NCBI GenBank assembly: GCA_963796275.1
Contig: CAWCKY010000004.1
Location: 384,001-448,000, forward strand
Source: an uncultured Acidobacteriota bacterium
Lineage (GTDB): Bacteria; Acidobacteriota; Blastocatellia; RBC074
DNA length: 64,000 nucleotides
Direction of reading: 5' to 3'
Of the stretch, positions 1-11,744 are shown one piece after another (within the stretch, counting starts at the first letter, position 1; every line of letters starts with the position of its first letter). The notes below the pieces were generated by a model that saw only the letters and a list, made by a program, of their open reading frames with translations, was not told the DNA's origin and made no database searches. A program made the translations under genes and the position numbers.

Positions 1-2
1 AA

Positions 3-272
3 GCCGACGGCAGTCCTTCCGATTCGAAAGCCAAGCAGAAGAAGGAGACGATCAATGGGCTCAGCGTTTCGACCGTCGATTTGACCGGAACATTTAAGGG
101 TGGCGGGATGGCGATGGGACAACCCACGGCCAAGAAACCCGGCTATCGCTTGCTCGGAGCGATAGTGGAGACGCCGCAGGGCGAGATCTTTTTCAAACTA
201 ACCGGGCCGGAAAAGACCGTCAACGCGGCACAACCTGAATTCCAGTCGCTGATCAAATCGATCAAGGATTAA
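3..272 (+). CDS. 3' end of a conserved hypothetical protein (truncated by the window edge)
   Basis: The frame is open from base 3 ([31 protein letters not shown]...[22 protein letters not shown]) to TAA at 272. Confidence 0.7.
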   Translation, partial: ADGSPSDSKAKQKKETINGLSVSTVDLTGTFKGGGMAMGQPTAKKPGYRLLGAIVETPQGEIFFKLTGPEKTVNAAQPEFQSLIKSIKD

Positions 273-277
273 TTTGC

Positions 278-356
278 AGTACGGGAGCGTAAACGACCTC
301 TGCCTCGATAAGTCGGTCGCTTAGCGAGCTTCAGGTCGCTTACGCTCCCCCGTACT
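278..356. repeat. REP-like imperfect inverted repeat between convergent genes
   Basis: Arms agtacgggagcgtaaacgacct (278-299) and aggtcgcttacgctcccccgtact (333-356). Confidence 0.75.
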
Positions 357-379
357 CTGTTCTGCTATTACTTTCTCTT

Positions 380-748
380 CTACTTTTTCGCGCTTTTCGT
401 CGATTTCGGCCCAAAAGAGCGGACATATCTGACCATCGAATTGACTTGCGCGGGTGAGAGCACCTCTTTGAACGCGGGCATCACACCTTTACCGTTGCGA
501 ATCCCTTCTGCTATCGCCTTATTGGTGTTCTCCGACTGCCACTTTCCATCGGTGAAATCGGGCGGTTGGAGTGTTTCGAGACCCTTACCATCCCCGAGGT
601 GACAGTTTGCGCAATGTTTTTTATAAACCTCATTCACACCATTTTTACTCTTGCCCGTCTGGACGGAAGCGACTGTTTCCCCCCACGAGGCAGAAAGAAA
701 TATTGCAGCAACGATCAGAACTATGGTGAGTGAGAGTGGTTTCCTCAT
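380..748 (-). CDS. Exported monoheme c-type cytochrome (class I)
   Basis: Signal peptide, CANCH heme-binding motif, distal Met in GVMPAF. Confidence 0.9.
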   Translation of the reverse strand: MRKPLSLTIVLIVAAIFLSASWGETVASVQTGKSKNGVNEVYKKHCANCHLGDGKGLETLQPPDFTDGKWQSENTNKAIAEGIRNGKGVMPAFKEVLSPAQVNSMVRYVRSFGPKSTKSAKK

Positions 749-894
749 TGGTAACTAAATTTTCTCCTTCAATACTTGATAAGATTTGCGCCGGCGTTTG
801 GTAAAATCCGTAAAAATTCCGGCACATCTGTTTTAATCCATTGTCGATCTACGAAATGCTAAATCTTCCTTGCGCATTAAATCAAGCGTTCTAC

Positions 895-2268
895 TTACTC
901 GGGCAACTCATCCTTTTGCGGCTCGGGCAGGAAGAAGCTCAGTATCAAACCCAAGCCGTAAACAAGAAATGCAACGGCGGCGGCGCCATAAGCCAGATGC
1001 ATTGCAGGTGTCGTGCCGGGCATCACAGCCGCGATTTGAGTCGTCAATAATGCCGCGGATGTTCCGACCATGCGCCCGCCGATATTTGCCGCGAAACTCT
1101 CGCCGGTTCCGCGTAGATGCGTGGGATAGACGCGCGGCAGATAGTTTCCCCAAAAACTCAACTGCGCAATAGTCAGCATCCCCGCAAAAAATATTCCCCA
1201 TTTCAGCAACGCGAGATTGCTCACCGCCGGGAAAATAAAGACGAGCGGAATCAGGATCAATCCCGGAATCTGGAAAATACGGATCAGGTTGCGACGCGAT
1301 GCGATTCGAATGGCGAGAAAGGCGAGCAGGAACCTTCCGACCAATCCGCCAAGCTCCTGTATTGACTGGACGCCTGCGACGACCGCCTGCCGCTCGGGCC
1401 TCGACAGGCCTTGAACTTCGGGGAGCCCGGGCACGATCTGCGGAAGTTGCTGGATCGCACCGAACGCCGCGGCGAGACTGCACGCAAACATGGCAGCTGT
1501 GACCAAAGTCGTTTTGCGAAATGCGGGCCTAAAGATCTCAGCTAAGCTCGGCCGCTTCAAAGTGCCGGCCGCCTTCTTTTCCTGCCAGACCGGCGACTCA
1601 GGCAGGAATGGCCGGATGATGATCAAGGGTATGGCGGGGATCAGCCCTGAGATCAGCAGGTAACGCCATTGTTCTTGCCCGCCGTGAATCATGGGCAGCG
1701 AGTCTATGTTTTTAGCGATCAAAAACGCGACTCCACTCACCATGACACCGCCGAGAGAGGAGAAGGCCTGTGTATAGCCGAGGACGGACTCGCGCTGTCT
1801 CGGATTCTGGAATAGCTCGGCAAGCCATGCTACTGCCGCGACGAACTCGACGCAGACGCCGATAAACGTCGTGCTGCGCAGGAAGAGCAGGACGGGGAGT
1901 GAGGTGGCAAAACCGGCCGCAAATGCCGATATTGCATAGACCAATATGCTCCACGTCAATACGCGGCGCCGACCGAATCGATCTGTCAAATATCCGCCGA
2001 GCAACCCGAAGACGCCTCCGGCCACCGCCGGCACATAAAAGAAGAGGTCCCTCCATTGCGTGTACTCGGGGCTGCCGAATTGCAAGCCTCCGATCGACTC
2101 GAGAGCCGGACGGATGATCAGCGGAAGCATCAACAACTCATAAGTATCGAATGCGAAGCCGATAACGGCGATGATACAGATGAGCCATTGGATCGAGGTT
2201 AAGCGCGGGTTTTTTTCAATTGATGAATACGATAATTTTGCCATGAGATGATGGTAATTTGTTATCAC
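895..2268 (-). CDS. MFS transporter
   Basis: MFS motif A (GYLTDRFGRRRVL), about 12 hydrophobic segments, YPTHLRGTG in the C-terminal half. Confidence 0.92.
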   Translation of the reverse strand: MITNYHHLMAKLSYSSIEKNPRLTSIQWLICIIAVIGFAFDTYELLMLPLIIRPALESIGGLQFGSPEYTQWRDLFFYVPAVAGGVFGLLGGYLTDRFGRRRVLTWSILVYAISAFAAGFATSLPVLLFLRSTTFIGVCVEFVAAVAWLAELFQNPRQRESVLGYTQAFSSLGGVMVSGVAFLIAKNIDSLPMIHGGQEQWRYLLISGLIPAIPLIIIRPFLPESPVWQEKKAAGTLKRPSLAEIFRPAFRKTTLVTAAMFACSLAAAFGAIQQLPQIVPGLPEVQGLSRPERQAVVAGVQSIQELGGLVGRFLLAFLAIRIASRRNLIRIFQIPGLILIPLVFIFPAVSNLALLKWGIFFAGMLTIAQLSFWGNYLPRVYPTHLRGTGESFAANIGGRMVGTSAALLTTQIAAVMPGTTPAMHLAYGAAAVAFLVYGLGLILSFFLPEPQKDELPE

Positions 2269-2458
2269 CTAAATCAGAGTACGACATCATTGAGACACCA
2301 GGTTGAGCGACGGATTTGTGCCGGGTACGACGAATTTGATACAGATAAATCCGTATATCTACGTCGCAACTGTAAAAATCCGCAGTTAATCCTGGCATCC
2401 CAATCTCGATATGAATCGATTCAGGAGAATCTAGCGTAGAAAGCCGGCCAGATCAAAG

Positions 2459-4078
2459 CTAATGAGAGCTCGATTCGGGAAAATAGCGGTTCAGTGTCTT
2501 CTCATCCGGCTTCTTAGTAATCAGTGAAACGAAGTACATCAACATGGCTGAAACTATGACCATCGGCACTACCGGTAAAAACCCGAAGACGGCGGTACCA
2601 CCAGGCGTGCGCTCTAGGACTGGGATGCCGCCAACCGACCAGGCAACTCCCGGGGCTGTCACGATGGTTTGAAACAAAGCGACCGCGATCACGCTTCCTG
2701 CTGCCCACAGCGCGCAAGCCAGCGCGCCCCACTTCGTGCTGCGTCTCCAGAAGAGCGCGCCTACCAGCAGCGGCATCAATGCCGAATAGCCCGAGAACGC
2801 GTACTGCACCGCCAGATCGAAAATCGGCTGCGGGAATTCAAGCGCTATGGCATAGGCGATGAGCGTGAGCACGATGACGAAGATGCGACCGGTGACGACC
2901 TGCGCCATTTCTCCGAATCTCTCTTTACCCTCGTAAAAAGCGAAGACGTCTTCGGAGAACATGGTTGAGAGCGCCAGTATCTGCGAATCGCTCGCCATCA
3001 CCGCAGCCATAATCGCGGCACCGAGCAGTCCTGCCAGCCAGAGAGGCGCATAATGCTCGAGCAAACGCAGCAGGACATCGTCACCCGCAGCTTTTGCGCG
3101 CAGCTCGTTTTTCTGCTCCGGCGTGAGCGCAGGCCCCTGCGCCGCCAACTCCTGCCGGGATTCGAGTTTTGTCTGGATGGCTGGGACTTCGCTGGCGCGA
3201 TTCGCCACCACCCCCAGGAAGACAGCGGGCAACCAGATCGCCAGCATGCAGAGCGGGTAGAGGATCACCGTGCGCTTGAAATGCTGGATGCGCTGGGCCG
3301 TCAGACAGAATATGATGATGTGCGGGAAGTTGATCGATGAAAGGGGGATGAATGTATAGCTGAAAAAAAATAGCGGCGAGATCCGTTCGCGCGTGAGCAG
3401 CGTTGCGGTCGAAGGCTTCGATAAGAGCTCGTCAACCGCGCTGCCGAATCCTCCCATACCTACGCCGATAACTATCAGGGCGATCGCACCGAAGATCAAA
3501 AACAAAATCGTTTGGAAAGCGTTGACCCATGCCGTCCCTCGCATTCCGCCGAAGAAGACATAGGTCATTACCACCATGGCCACTATTGCCCCGCCGATCC
3601 AGAATGGAATCTGTCCGCCGCTGATTGCGTAAAGCGCAGTCCCACCACCCATGACGCCGATGATGATGTAAGGTACCAGCATCGCCGCCTGCACGACGAA
3701 GATCACGGTGCCGATGTGGCCGCATTCCCAGCGGTCGCGGAAAAGCTGAACCGGTGTAATGAAGCCGTGGCGTTTTCCCATCGCCCAGACGCGCGTCCCG
3801 ATCAAGAACAAAGACAGGGGCACGATCAATGCCGATGACGATGCCATCAATCCAAAGGTGACGATGCCATTCGAGAAGGCATGTCCCGACGATCCCAGAA
3901 TCGCAAAGGCCGTCATATTCGTCCCGAACAGCGAGAGAAGAAAGACCGCCTGTCCCAGCGAGCGATTGGCCAGAAAGTAATCTTCCGCCGGATGCTCTCC
4001 GATCTTACGCCGGAAAGCGAAGACGCCGATGTAGATGACAATGGCCAGATAAGCGAAGACGAAAAGCGTGGGGATCAA
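2459..4078 (-). CDS. Sodium:solute symporter (SSS family)
   Basis: [23 protein letters not shown] and [13 protein letters not shown] motifs; many TM segments. Confidence 0.93.
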   Translation of the reverse strand: MIPTLFVFAYLAIVIYIGVFAFRRKIGEHPAEDYFLANRSLGQAVFLLSLFGTNMTAFAILGSSGHAFSNGIVTFGLMASSSALIVPLSLFLIGTRVWAMGKRHGFITPVQLFRDRWECGHIGTVIFVVQAAMLVPYIIIGVMGGGTALYAISGGQIPFWIGGAIVAMVVMTYVFFGGMRGTAWVNAFQTILFLIFGAIALIVIGVGMGGFGSAVDELLSKPSTATLLTRERISPLFFFSYTFIPLSSINFPHIIIFCLTAQRIQHFKRTVILYPLCMLAIWLPAVFLGVVANRASEVPAIQTKLESRQELAAQGPALTPEQKNELRAKAAGDDVLLRLLEHYAPLWLAGLLGAAIMAAVMASDSQILALSTMFSEDVFAFYEGKERFGEMAQVVTGRIFVIVLTLIAYAIALEFPQPIFDLAVQYAFSGYSALMPLLVGALFWRRSTKWGALACALWAAGSVIAVALFQTIVTAPGVAWSVGGIPVLERTPGGTAVFGFLPVVPMVIVSAMLMYFVSLITKKPDEKTLNRYFPESSSH

Positions 4079-4464
4079 TCGCAGCCCTCCGGTCTGAAAG
4101 AGTGAGGGCGTGAAGACAAAAAGATAAGTGGACGTTGAGACGAAGAGGGAGTGGGAGTATATGCCAGAATTGATGCTTCTCCTTGTTTCGTTGCTACCTT
4201 ATCCCCCTGCTCATTTGTTACGGTTGTTCCGTACCCTTGCCCACCCGACTCCCCGCCTTCTCCCGTTTCGAGATGCGAAGGCCATGCAAATTTCACCAGA
4301 AGATACATCAAGAGCGACACGGCGATCGTGTAGCAGATGTGATAGAAGAGCCCGATCGGTAAAAACCCGAATACGATTGGTGTTGTTTCCCGCCAATACC
4401 AAAAGTCCTGGTGCAGCATATAAAGTGCGACCACTAAAAAAACCAGCGAAAGTCGTTTCATCAT
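4075..4464 (-). CDS. DUF3311-like small membrane partner of the SSS transporter
   Basis: LHQDFWYW...[12 protein letters not shown] pattern; 4-bp overlap with the SSS start; low-complexity C-terminal extension. Confidence 0.8.
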   Translation of the reverse strand: MMKRLSLVFLVVALYMLHQDFWYWRETTPIVFGFLPIGLFYHICYTIAVSLLMYLLVKFAWPSHLETGEGGESGGQGYGTTVTNEQGDKVATKQGEASILAYTPTPSSSQRPLIFLSSRPHSFRPEGCD

Positions 4465-4714
4465 TTTTGGATATGAATATTGTATACCGCCAAGCCGTCA
4501 GGAGGCTTCTCTTTCTCAATTGCCCCCTGCGTCCTCGCGCCTTCACGTAAAATCTTCCTCGAATGTTATAGTAACCGGGAGTCAAAACGCGGCGTACTAT
4601 CCCATGTCAATCGTAAAAATTGCAACCATAGTCCGCGATTGTTAGAATTCATCGTGCCCGCTAAATGCTATCTGTAATATCAGTATCGAAAATTCTTCTA
4701 CAAAAAAATTAACA

Positions 4715-7700
4715 ATGATGACGATATCGAGAATAATCTGCGCTTCCCTTCTTTTCGTATTCTCCCTAACATACAACTCCTTTGCACAAACAACGAGCAG
4801 GATCACGGGAACCGTTCATGACCAGGCAGGCGCGGTCGTCGCGGGTGCCGATGTCACGGCAAAGAACGTAGAAACCAATTTCACTCGAAGTGCTGTAAGC
4901 GATGCCGAAGGTCGTTATAGCTTTCCGGAAATGCGCGTCGGCCGGTATGAGGTCAAGGCCGAGAAATCGGGCTTCAAGCCGGCCATATCCACAGACATCA
5001 ACCTTACGATCGGTGAAACAGCAGTCATAAATTTGTCGATGGAGCTGATCATCCGCGAGGCGGTGGAGATCACAGAACAATCGATTCAAGTCAATACGAC
5101 GAGCGCGGAGCTCAGCTATCTGGTGGGCGAACGCGCGATCCGCGAACTGCCGCTCAACGGACGCAACTACACCGATCTCGCGCTTCTCCAACCAGGGGTA
5201 ACCGCCTTTCAACAACGTGACGGCGGTTCCGTGGTAGCGCATGGTCAGGGCATGACTATCAACGGACAAGACATCCGTTCGAACGTTTACTTACTGGACG
5301 GCACCCTGCTCAATGATTTCACGAACGGGCCGGCGGGCAGCGCGGCCAGCACCGCGCTAGGCACGGAAACGATCCGCGAATTTCGCGTGGAAGCAAACTC
5401 ATACTCCGCGGAATTCGGGCGCAACTATGGCGGTCAGATCAACGCCATAAGTAAATCGGGGACCAACCAGTATCACGGCACGCTCTATCATTTTCTCCGC
5501 AATGACAATTTCGATGCGCGAAATTTTTTCGACCGCGAGCCGGTAGGCAAACCTGAATTCAAACGGAATCAATTTGGCGGGACGTTAGGCGGGCCGATCA
5601 ATCGCGACAAGACCTTCTTCTTCGGGGGCGCCGAATTTTTGCGCGAGCGTTTAGGGCGTTCGATCCTGACGACAGTACCCGATCAGAAGGCAAGACAGGG
5701 TATTCTGACATCGAGAAATCCCGACGGGACAATCGTCGATTCGACCGTCGGCGTAAATTCCGGCGTCCAGCCTTATCTGAGCGCATTCCCATTACCGAAC
5801 GGCGCGCCGCTCAACGGCGGGATAGGCAACCTGGCCCAATACTTTTTCAACTTCGGTCAAAGGCTCGATCAGGAATACTTGCAGGGAAGAGTGGATCACA
5901 AGTTGTCGGACGATCAACAGGTATTCGGACGATACACATTTGATAACGCCGAGCAATTCCTGCCGACGGATTTTCCGCAGTTCCCGCGCTCTTACTTTTC
6001 GCGCAATCAGTTCGCGACGGCCGAGCATCTCTGGGTCCTTTCGCCACAGACGATCAACACCGCGCGCTTCGGCTTCAGCCGGACGCGCCTCGGACAGAAT
6101 GTACAGTCGACCATCGATCTCCCGCCTTTCGTCCCGGGCAGGCTGGTCGGCGATATCGATATCGGGGGCATCCCCCGCTTCGGCCCGCAGAGCTCCGCCA
6201 ATCTCAGGCTGACGCAAAATGTTTTCAGTTTCAACGAGCAACTCGCTCACACGCGCGGCAAACATCTGCTCAAGTTCGGCGGCCTCATCGAGCGATATCA
6301 GGACAATATGGTCAACCCGACGTTCTCGCTCGGGATCTACAACTTTCCCGATATTCGATCGTTTCTTGAGAACCGCCCGAACAGATTTATCGGCCTGACG
6401 CCCGATTCGCAGCCCGATCGTTACTGGCGATTCACGCTCCTCGGCTTCTACGCCCAGGACGATTTCAAAATCAGCCCGCGACTGACTTTAAATATGGGCC
6501 TCCGGTACGAATTCACCACCATGCCCTCAGAGATCTACGGGCGGGATATCTCACTTCCCAATCTGAGCGACCGTGAGGTCACGCCTGGGAAGCTATCTCA
6601 AAATCCGACCTACAAAAATATTTCACCGCGCCTCGGTTTCGCCTGGGATGTATTCGGAGACGGCAAGACCAGTTTGCGCGGGGGATACGGGTGGTACTTC
6701 AATACGAACAATCAACAAAACCTGATCGTGACCGTGACCAATCCTCCGGCTACCCCGCGCCCTGTCATTCCCAACCCGACATTCCCGAACCCGCCGTTCA
6801 ATCGCCCCAGCGTTCTATCCATACGCCCAATCGAATGGGATGTGAAGAATCCGAATATTCACGTATTCAACTTGAACGTACAGCGCCAGCTCTGGTTCGA
6901 TATGGTGATGACGGTCGGATATGCCGGTTCGCGCGGTGTGCATCTTCTGCGCAACACGGATGCGAATACCGTCGCGCCGATTCGGTTGGATGATGGAACT
7001 TTTTTCTATACGGGAACTGCAACCCGTCCCAACACGGCTTTCAGTACAATAGAGCTCAAGCAGAGCGATGGCAATTCCTGGTACAACGCGTTGATTTTCG
7101 AATTGCGTAAACGGTTCGGCAAAGGCATCGACTTTCAGTCGTCCTATACTTTCTCGCGGAGCATCGACACAACCCAGTCATCGACTTTTTTCTCCGATGC
7201 GACCAATGCAACCGTATCGGCCCTTCCCGAACCTCCCGGTTTGCAATACAACAAAGGTCTCGCCGATTTCCACGCGCAGCACAATTGGGTATTCAACTTC
7301 ACCTGGGAGCTTCCTTTCGCCAAGAATCTTAAGGGAGCATCGGGAGCACTGTTTGGCGGCTGGAATCTGATCGGCATCGGTCAAATGCGAAGCGGCAACC
7401 CGCTGACGATCTTCCTCGCGAACAACCGCTCGCAGTCGCAGTGGAATCCGTCATCAGGACCGGGATTGGGATTCGATCGTCCCAGTTTAGCTCCGGGCTA
7501 TACATACGAGAGCGCGATCATCGGCAAGCCCGAAAACTATTTCGATGAGAACGCTTTCGTTTTGCAGCCATCGGGCACGCTCGGCAATATCGGCCGCAAT
7601 GCCTTCATCGGGCCGAACCTGAGATCGTTCGACCTGGCGGCGGTGAAGAATACAAAATGGTCTAAACTGGGTGAGAATACGGCGATACAATTTCGCGTCG

Positions 7701-7930
7701 AATCATTCAATCTATTCAATCGAGCCAATTTCGGCACACCCGGATTGCAGGTCTTCGCCGGCTCCCCGTTCAGAAACGCGGGACCGCTGCCATCGTCAAT
7801 GAATCAGGAGCCGCCGCTCGCCCCCGGACAGCCGGCGCCCGCTGCGGCGTCGTTGTCCTCATTCGGCCTGGTCCGCTCGACAGTGACCTCGGCGAGGCAG
7901 ATTCAGTTGGGGCTGCGCGTGACGTTCTAG
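4715..7930 (+). CDS. TonB-dependent receptor, Oar-like, with N-terminal carboxypeptidase regulatory-like domain
   Basis: Signal peptide, [35 protein letters not shown]-terminal [12 protein letters not shown]. Confidence 0.93.
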   Translation: MMTISRIICASLLFVFSLTYNSFAQTTSRITGTVHDQAGAVVAGADVTAKNVETNFTRSAVSDAEGRYSFPEMRVGRYEVKAEKSGFKPAISTDINLTIGETAVINLSMELIIREAVEITEQSIQVNTTSAELSYLVGERAIRELPLNGRNYTDLALLQPGVTAFQQRDGGSVVAHGQGMTINGQDIRSNVYLLDGTLLNDFTNGPAGSAASTALGTETIREFRVEANSYSAEFGRNYGGQINAISKSGTNQYHGTLYHFLRNDNFDARNFFDREPVGKPEFKRNQFGGTLGGPINRDKTFFFGGAEFLRERLGRSILTTVPDQKARQGILTSRNPDGTIVDSTVGVNSGVQPYLSAFPLPNGAPLNGGIGNLAQYFFNFGQRLDQEYLQGRVDHKLSDDQQVFGRYTFDNAEQFLPTDFPQFPRSYFSRNQFATAEHLWVLSPQTINTARFGFSRTRLGQNVQSTIDLPPFVPGRLVGDIDIGGIPRFGPQSSANLRLTQNVFSFNEQLAHTRGKHLLKFGGLIERYQDNMVNPTFSLGIYNFPDIRSFLENRPNRFIGLTPDSQPDRYWRFTLLGFYAQDDFKISPRLTLNMGLRYEFTTMPSEIYGRDISLPNLSDREVTPGKLSQNPTYKNISPRLGFAWDVFGDGKTSLRGGYGWYFNTNNQQNLIVTVTNPPATPRPVIPNPTFPNPPFNRPSVLSIRPIEWDVKNPNIHVFNLNVQRQLWFDMVMTVGYAGSRGVHLLRNTDANTVAPIRLDDGTFFYTGTATRPNTAFSTIELKQSDGNSWYNALIFELRKRFGKGIDFQSSYTFSRSIDTTQSSTFFSDATNATVSALPEPPGLQYNKGLADFHAQHNWVFNFTWELPFAKNLKGASGALFGGWNLIGIGQMRSGNPLTIFLANNRSQSQWNPSSGPGLGFDRPSLAPGYTYESAIIGKPENYFDENAFVLQPSGTLGNIGRNAFIGPNLRSFDLAAVKNTKWSKLGENTAIQFRVESFNLFNRANFGTPGLQVFAGSPFRNAGPLPSSMNQEPPLAPGQPAPAAASLSSFGLVRSTVTSARQIQLGLRVTF

Positions 7931-7983
7931 AAAAAGTAGGCGTCAGGCAATTCGTTTAAGAGGTCAGGCGAAAATTTGGAGGT

Positions 7984-8072
7984 ATTTTCAGTTTACATTT
8001 GTCATTTTAGATTTGTCATTTTACATTTCATTTTACATTTATGCGGCTTCTTCAACGACAAATCTAAAATGA
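7984..8072. repeat. Short-period (about 7-bp) repeat array with an inverted partner
   Basis: catttgtcattttagatttgtcattttacatttcattttacattt, then gacaaatctaaaatga (reverse complement of tcattttagatttgtc). Confidence 0.6.
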
Positions 8073-8139
8073 TTGGATTGTTGCCACAGTTTAAGCGAAA
8101 CTGCGAACTGCCTTCTGCCTATGTTCCGAGGATACTGCA

Positions 8140-9573
8140 ATGATTTATGTGCGATTATCGCTTCTGTTTTACATCATTCTGTTTGTGGGCGCCCTCGCTT
8201 TTGCGGGCGATGAATGGATGCGGTTTCGCGGCCCGAATGGAACGGGGCTTTCTACATCTACGAATCTGCCCGTTGAATTTGGCCCTGAGAAGAATGTCGT
8301 TTGGAAGACGCCATTGCCGCCGGGTCATTCATCGCCGGTATTGACCCGCAATCGCATCTTCGTGACTGCCGTAGAAGATGACAGGCTTTTTGTCATCGGG
8401 CTCGATCGCAGTACCGGAAAAATCCTATGGAAAAAAGAGGCGCCGCGTCCGCGCAAAGACCGTATCCAAAAGCCGAATAACCCCGCAGCTCCGAGCCCGG
8501 TCACTGACGGAGAAAACGTCTACGCATTCTTTCAGGACTTCGGGATGATCGCTTTCGATCCCGATGGGAAAGAGCGGTGGCGTCTACCGATGGGCCCATT
8601 CACGATAAATTACGGCTTTGGCGCTTCACCCATCATCGTCGACGACAAAATCATCCTGCCCTCCGATCAGGACACCGCTTCATACCTGATCGCAATAGAT
8701 AAGAACACGGGCAGAGTGAAGTGGAAGGCAGATCGGCCAGGTGTTATCTCCGGCTACTCGACGCCGGCCATTTACCAGCCGAAGAACGGCACGCCGCAGA
8801 TAATCATCACCGAATCGTTTCAGTTGTCCGCATACTCGCCCAAGGACGGCAAGCTTCTTTGGCTAGTGCGTGGGCTGGCCTGTGAGATGAAATCGGTCCC
8901 ATCGTTCGGAGATGACGTCCTTTATATAAACGGGTGGGGGTTTCCCGACAATCAACCGGGGCTGCAGATCTACCTTCCGTCAACTGAAGAAGTAATGGCC
9001 AAACACGATGCTGACAAGAACGGCAAAATATCACCCGAAGAGCTGCCAAATGAGAAATTGAAACGCAAGGCATATTTCAGCACTTTCGATATCGATCAGG
9101 ATGGCCAATTGAATGCTCGCGAATGGGAGATATGCCGCGCGATGATGTCTGCGGAAAACGGCCTGCTCTCGATAAAACTCGGCGGGCGAGGCGATATGAC
9201 GGCAAGCGCGATTCGCTGGAAGTATCAAAAACCTGTGCCGCAAGTTCCGTCGACGTTGCTTTATCAGGGCGCGTTGTTTATGGTCAACGACAGCGGCATT
9301 CTGATCTCATTCAATCCCGCAACAGGCGACGTGATCAAACAGGGCCGATTGAAAGGGGCGATCGACAAATACTTCGCCTCTCCGGTGGGCGCAGACGGCA
9401 AGCTATATCTGATCAGTCAGGACGGAACGGTGTCGGTCGTAAAGGCTGCGGGCGAATGGGAAGTCCTGGCAGTCAATGCGCTCGGCGATGAAGTTTTCGC
9501 CACACCGGCGATCGCTGATGGAAATCTCTACATCCGCACGCAGAGCGCGCTCTATTGTTTCGCAAAACGGTAG
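8140..9573 (+). CDS. Exported PQQ-like (BamB-type) beta-propeller protein with inserted EF-hand pair
   Basis: WMRFRGPNGTG start, repeated W/SSP blades, EF-hand-like DADKNGKISPEEL and DIDQDGQLNAREW. Confidence 0.88.
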   Translation: MIYVRLSLLFYIILFVGALAFAGDEWMRFRGPNGTGLSTSTNLPVEFGPEKNVVWKTPLPPGHSSPVLTRNRIFVTAVEDDRLFVIGLDRSTGKILWKKEAPRPRKDRIQKPNNPAAPSPVTDGENVYAFFQDFGMIAFDPDGKERWRLPMGPFTINYGFGASPIIVDDKIILPSDQDTASYLIAIDKNTGRVKWKADRPGVISGYSTPAIYQPKNGTPQIIITESFQLSAYSPKDGKLLWLVRGLACEMKSVPSFGDDVLYINGWGFPDNQPGLQIYLPSTEEVMAKHDADKNGKISPEELPNEKLKRKAYFSTFDIDQDGQLNAREWEICRAMMSAENGLLSIKLGGRGDMTASAIRWKYQKPVPQVPSTLLYQGALFMVNDSGILISFNPATGDVIKQGRLKGAIDKYFASPVGADGKLYLISQDGTVSVVKAAGEWEVLAVNALGDEVFATPAIADGNLYIRTQSALYCFAKR

Positions 9574-9699
9574 TCGATTGTCGGTTGGCGGTTATCGGTA
9601 GTAGGTAGTAGCAGTCGGTTGTCTATCTGATTTCTGCATGAATCTCTGCACTGCGCACTTCCGAACTAACCGACAACTGACAACCGATTACCGACTACC
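9573..9699. repeat. Inverted heptamer array (GTCGGTT / AACCGAC family)
   Basis: gtcgattgtcggttggcggttatcggtagtaggtag ... aactaaccgacaactgacaaccgattaccgactacc. Confidence 0.7.
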
Positions 9700-9718
9700 C
9701 ATTTTAAGGAGGCGGCGC

Positions 9719-11185
9719 TTGACGCAAAAAAAGCGTTTTATCATTGCTATCGTATCTACCGCGTTAACCATCTCTCTATTTCTGCCGGTTGCGACTGCCG
9801 AGGATTGGATGCAATTTCGCGGTCCCAACGCATCCGGGGTCTCGAACGATACGGGTTTGCCGACTCAATTTGGCCCCGATCAGAACGTCATCTGGAAGAC
9901 GCAGCTTCCGCCCGGCCACTCTTCACCCGTCCTGACGCAGAACCGCATCTTCATCACCGCTCATGAAAATAACAAATTGTTGGTCATCTGCCTCGATCGC
10001 GCGAACGGAAAGATCATCTGGCGGCGTGAAGTGCCGAGGCAACGATCACAGGAGCTTCACAAGTCGAACGATCCCGCCTCACCGAGCCCCGTGACCGACG
10101 GTCAACACGTATATGCCTTCTTCACCGACTTCGGTTTGATCTCATTCGATGCCGTTGGCAGGGAGCGATGGCGCCTGCCGCTGGGGCCGTTCAATAACCC
10201 CTTCGGCATGGGCACGTCGCCGATCCTCGCCGAGGATAAATTACTGCTCAACTGCGATTCCGAAACTGATTCATTCTTCATCGCAGTGGATAAAAACACG
10301 GGCAAATTGAAATGGCGAGTAGAGCGCACTGAAGCGACGCGCGGATTTGCAACTCCCGTCCTCTTCCGGCCGGCCAAAGGCTCACTGCAGGTCCTCGTCG
10401 CCGGGTCGTTGCGACTCTCCGCCTACGAGGTGGCATCCGGGAAAGAGATATGGTGGATTCGCGGTTTGACGTGGCAGATCAAACCAACGCCCATCTTCGG
10501 ACGCGACAGTCTCTATATTCTCGGCTGGGCGGGCGGCGCCGATCCGGGCCAGCAAGAAGATGTGCCGCCGTTCGAGGAGGTTTTGCAGAAACTCGACGCC
10601 AACAAGGACAGCAAGCTTACGCAGGAAGAGCTGGTAGACCCGCGAATGAAGAAAGATTGGGGCAATCTCGATCTCGACCACGATGGTTTCATGAACGACC
10701 GCGACTGGCGCGTTTACCGCGGTAAGCGAACGGTGCAGAATGGAATGCTCGCCTATCGCCTGGACAATCAAAAAGAGATGCGCGGCGATCTGACGGAATC
10801 GAATTTCCTCTGGCGTTATCAAAAATCATTGCCGAATGTCCCGTCGCCGCTGTTCTATCGAGATGTAGTCTATCTCCTCAAAGAGGGCGGAATATTGACC
10901 GCGCTCGATCCGAAGACCGGAGCAGTGCTCAAGCAGGACCGCTTGCGCGAAGCCCCCGGTGACTACTACGCTTCACCTGTCGGTGCGGACGGCAAGGTCT
11001 TCACGATCAGCCAGGAGGGTAAGGTGACTGTGCTCAAGGCGGGCGGCGAGTTGGAGATACTGGCGGTGAACGATCTGGACGATCTCTGCAATGCCACACC
11101 CGCTATATCCGGCGGGCGTATCTATCTGCGAACGCGCAATACTCTCTATTGTTTCGGTAAAAACGAAGAGGCAAGCAACAACTAA
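9719..11185 (+). CDS. Second exported PQQ-like beta-propeller protein with EF-hand pair (paralogue)
   Basis: WMQFRGPNASG; DANKDSKLTQEEL and DLDHDGFMNDRDW. Start moved to TTG 9719, which follows an AAGGAGG RBS. Confidence 0.88.
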   Translation: MTQKKRFIIAIVSTALTISLFLPVATAEDWMQFRGPNASGVSNDTGLPTQFGPDQNVIWKTQLPPGHSSPVLTQNRIFITAHENNKLLVICLDRANGKIIWRREVPRQRSQELHKSNDPASPSPVTDGQHVYAFFTDFGLISFDAVGRERWRLPLGPFNNPFGMGTSPILAEDKLLLNCDSETDSFFIAVDKNTGKLKWRVERTEATRGFATPVLFRPAKGSLQVLVAGSLRLSAYEVASGKEIWWIRGLTWQIKPTPIFGRDSLYILGWAGGADPGQQEDVPPFEEVLQKLDANKDSKLTQEELVDPRMKKDWGNLDLDHDGFMNDRDWRVYRGKRTVQNGMLAYRLDNQKEMRGDLTESNFLWRYQKSLPNVPSPLFYRDVVYLLKEGGILTALDPKTGAVLKQDRLREAPGDYYASPVGADGKVFTISQEGKVTVLKAGGELEILAVNDLDDLCNATPAISGGRIYLRTRNTLYCFGKNEEASNN

Positions 11186-11196
11186 CATAAATTTCT

Positions 11197-11679
11197 ATGA
11201 TTATTAAGGAGCAGAAAAAATCCATGCTTTGGGTAGTTTTCGTAATCGGTGCGGTCTTGTCCTGGGGCGTCTACGGCGTATTGCTGCATCAAGGTCAAGT
11301 TCAGCTGAAGAATCCGCTTCGCGCATTGCTTTGTGTCGGAGTAGCCTACTTCTTGATCGGAGTCGTAGTTCCATTGGGAGCATTGGCTTCCCAAAATCTA
11401 TTGAGCTCAGAAGGCTTCAACTTTTCAGGCACGATGACCGCGACTGTCGCGGGCGCGCTGGGCGCCATCGGCGCAGTCTGCATCATCTGGGCATTCAAGT
11501 CAGGGGGGCTGCCGACTTACGTAATGCCACTGGTTTTCGGCGGCGCGCCGTTGGTCAATGTGATGGTTACGATGGTCCTTCACCCGCCCAAGTCCTCGAT
11601 CAATCCCCTGCTCTTTGTCGGTTTCATACTGGTGGCAATCGGGGCGAGTCTGGTTTTGTATTTCAGGCCACAATCTTGA
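11197..11679 (+). CDS. Small integral membrane protein (EamA/DMT-like half)
   Basis: About five hydrophobic helices; SWGVYG and GGLPTYVMPLVFGGAPLVN motifs. Confidence 0.7.
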   Translation: MIIKEQKKSMLWVVFVIGAVLSWGVYGVLLHQGQVQLKNPLRALLCVGVAYFLIGVVVPLGALASQNLLSSEGFNFSGTMTATVAGALGAIGAVCIIWAFKSGGLPTYVMPLVFGGAPLVNVMVTMVLHPPKSSINPLLFVGFILVAIGASLVLYFRPQS

Positions 11680-11744
11680 GGGAGGGTGTTCGATCAGGAT
11701 CCGCCGGTTGACGAGGAGTGTATAATCATGGTGGAGATAAACCA

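Noticed and set aside
9638-9718. N-terminal extensions in the ORF track (also 24420, 44210 and 55081)
   Set aside because: They translate repeat or leader DNA. Downstream starts have an RBS or align with paralogues.
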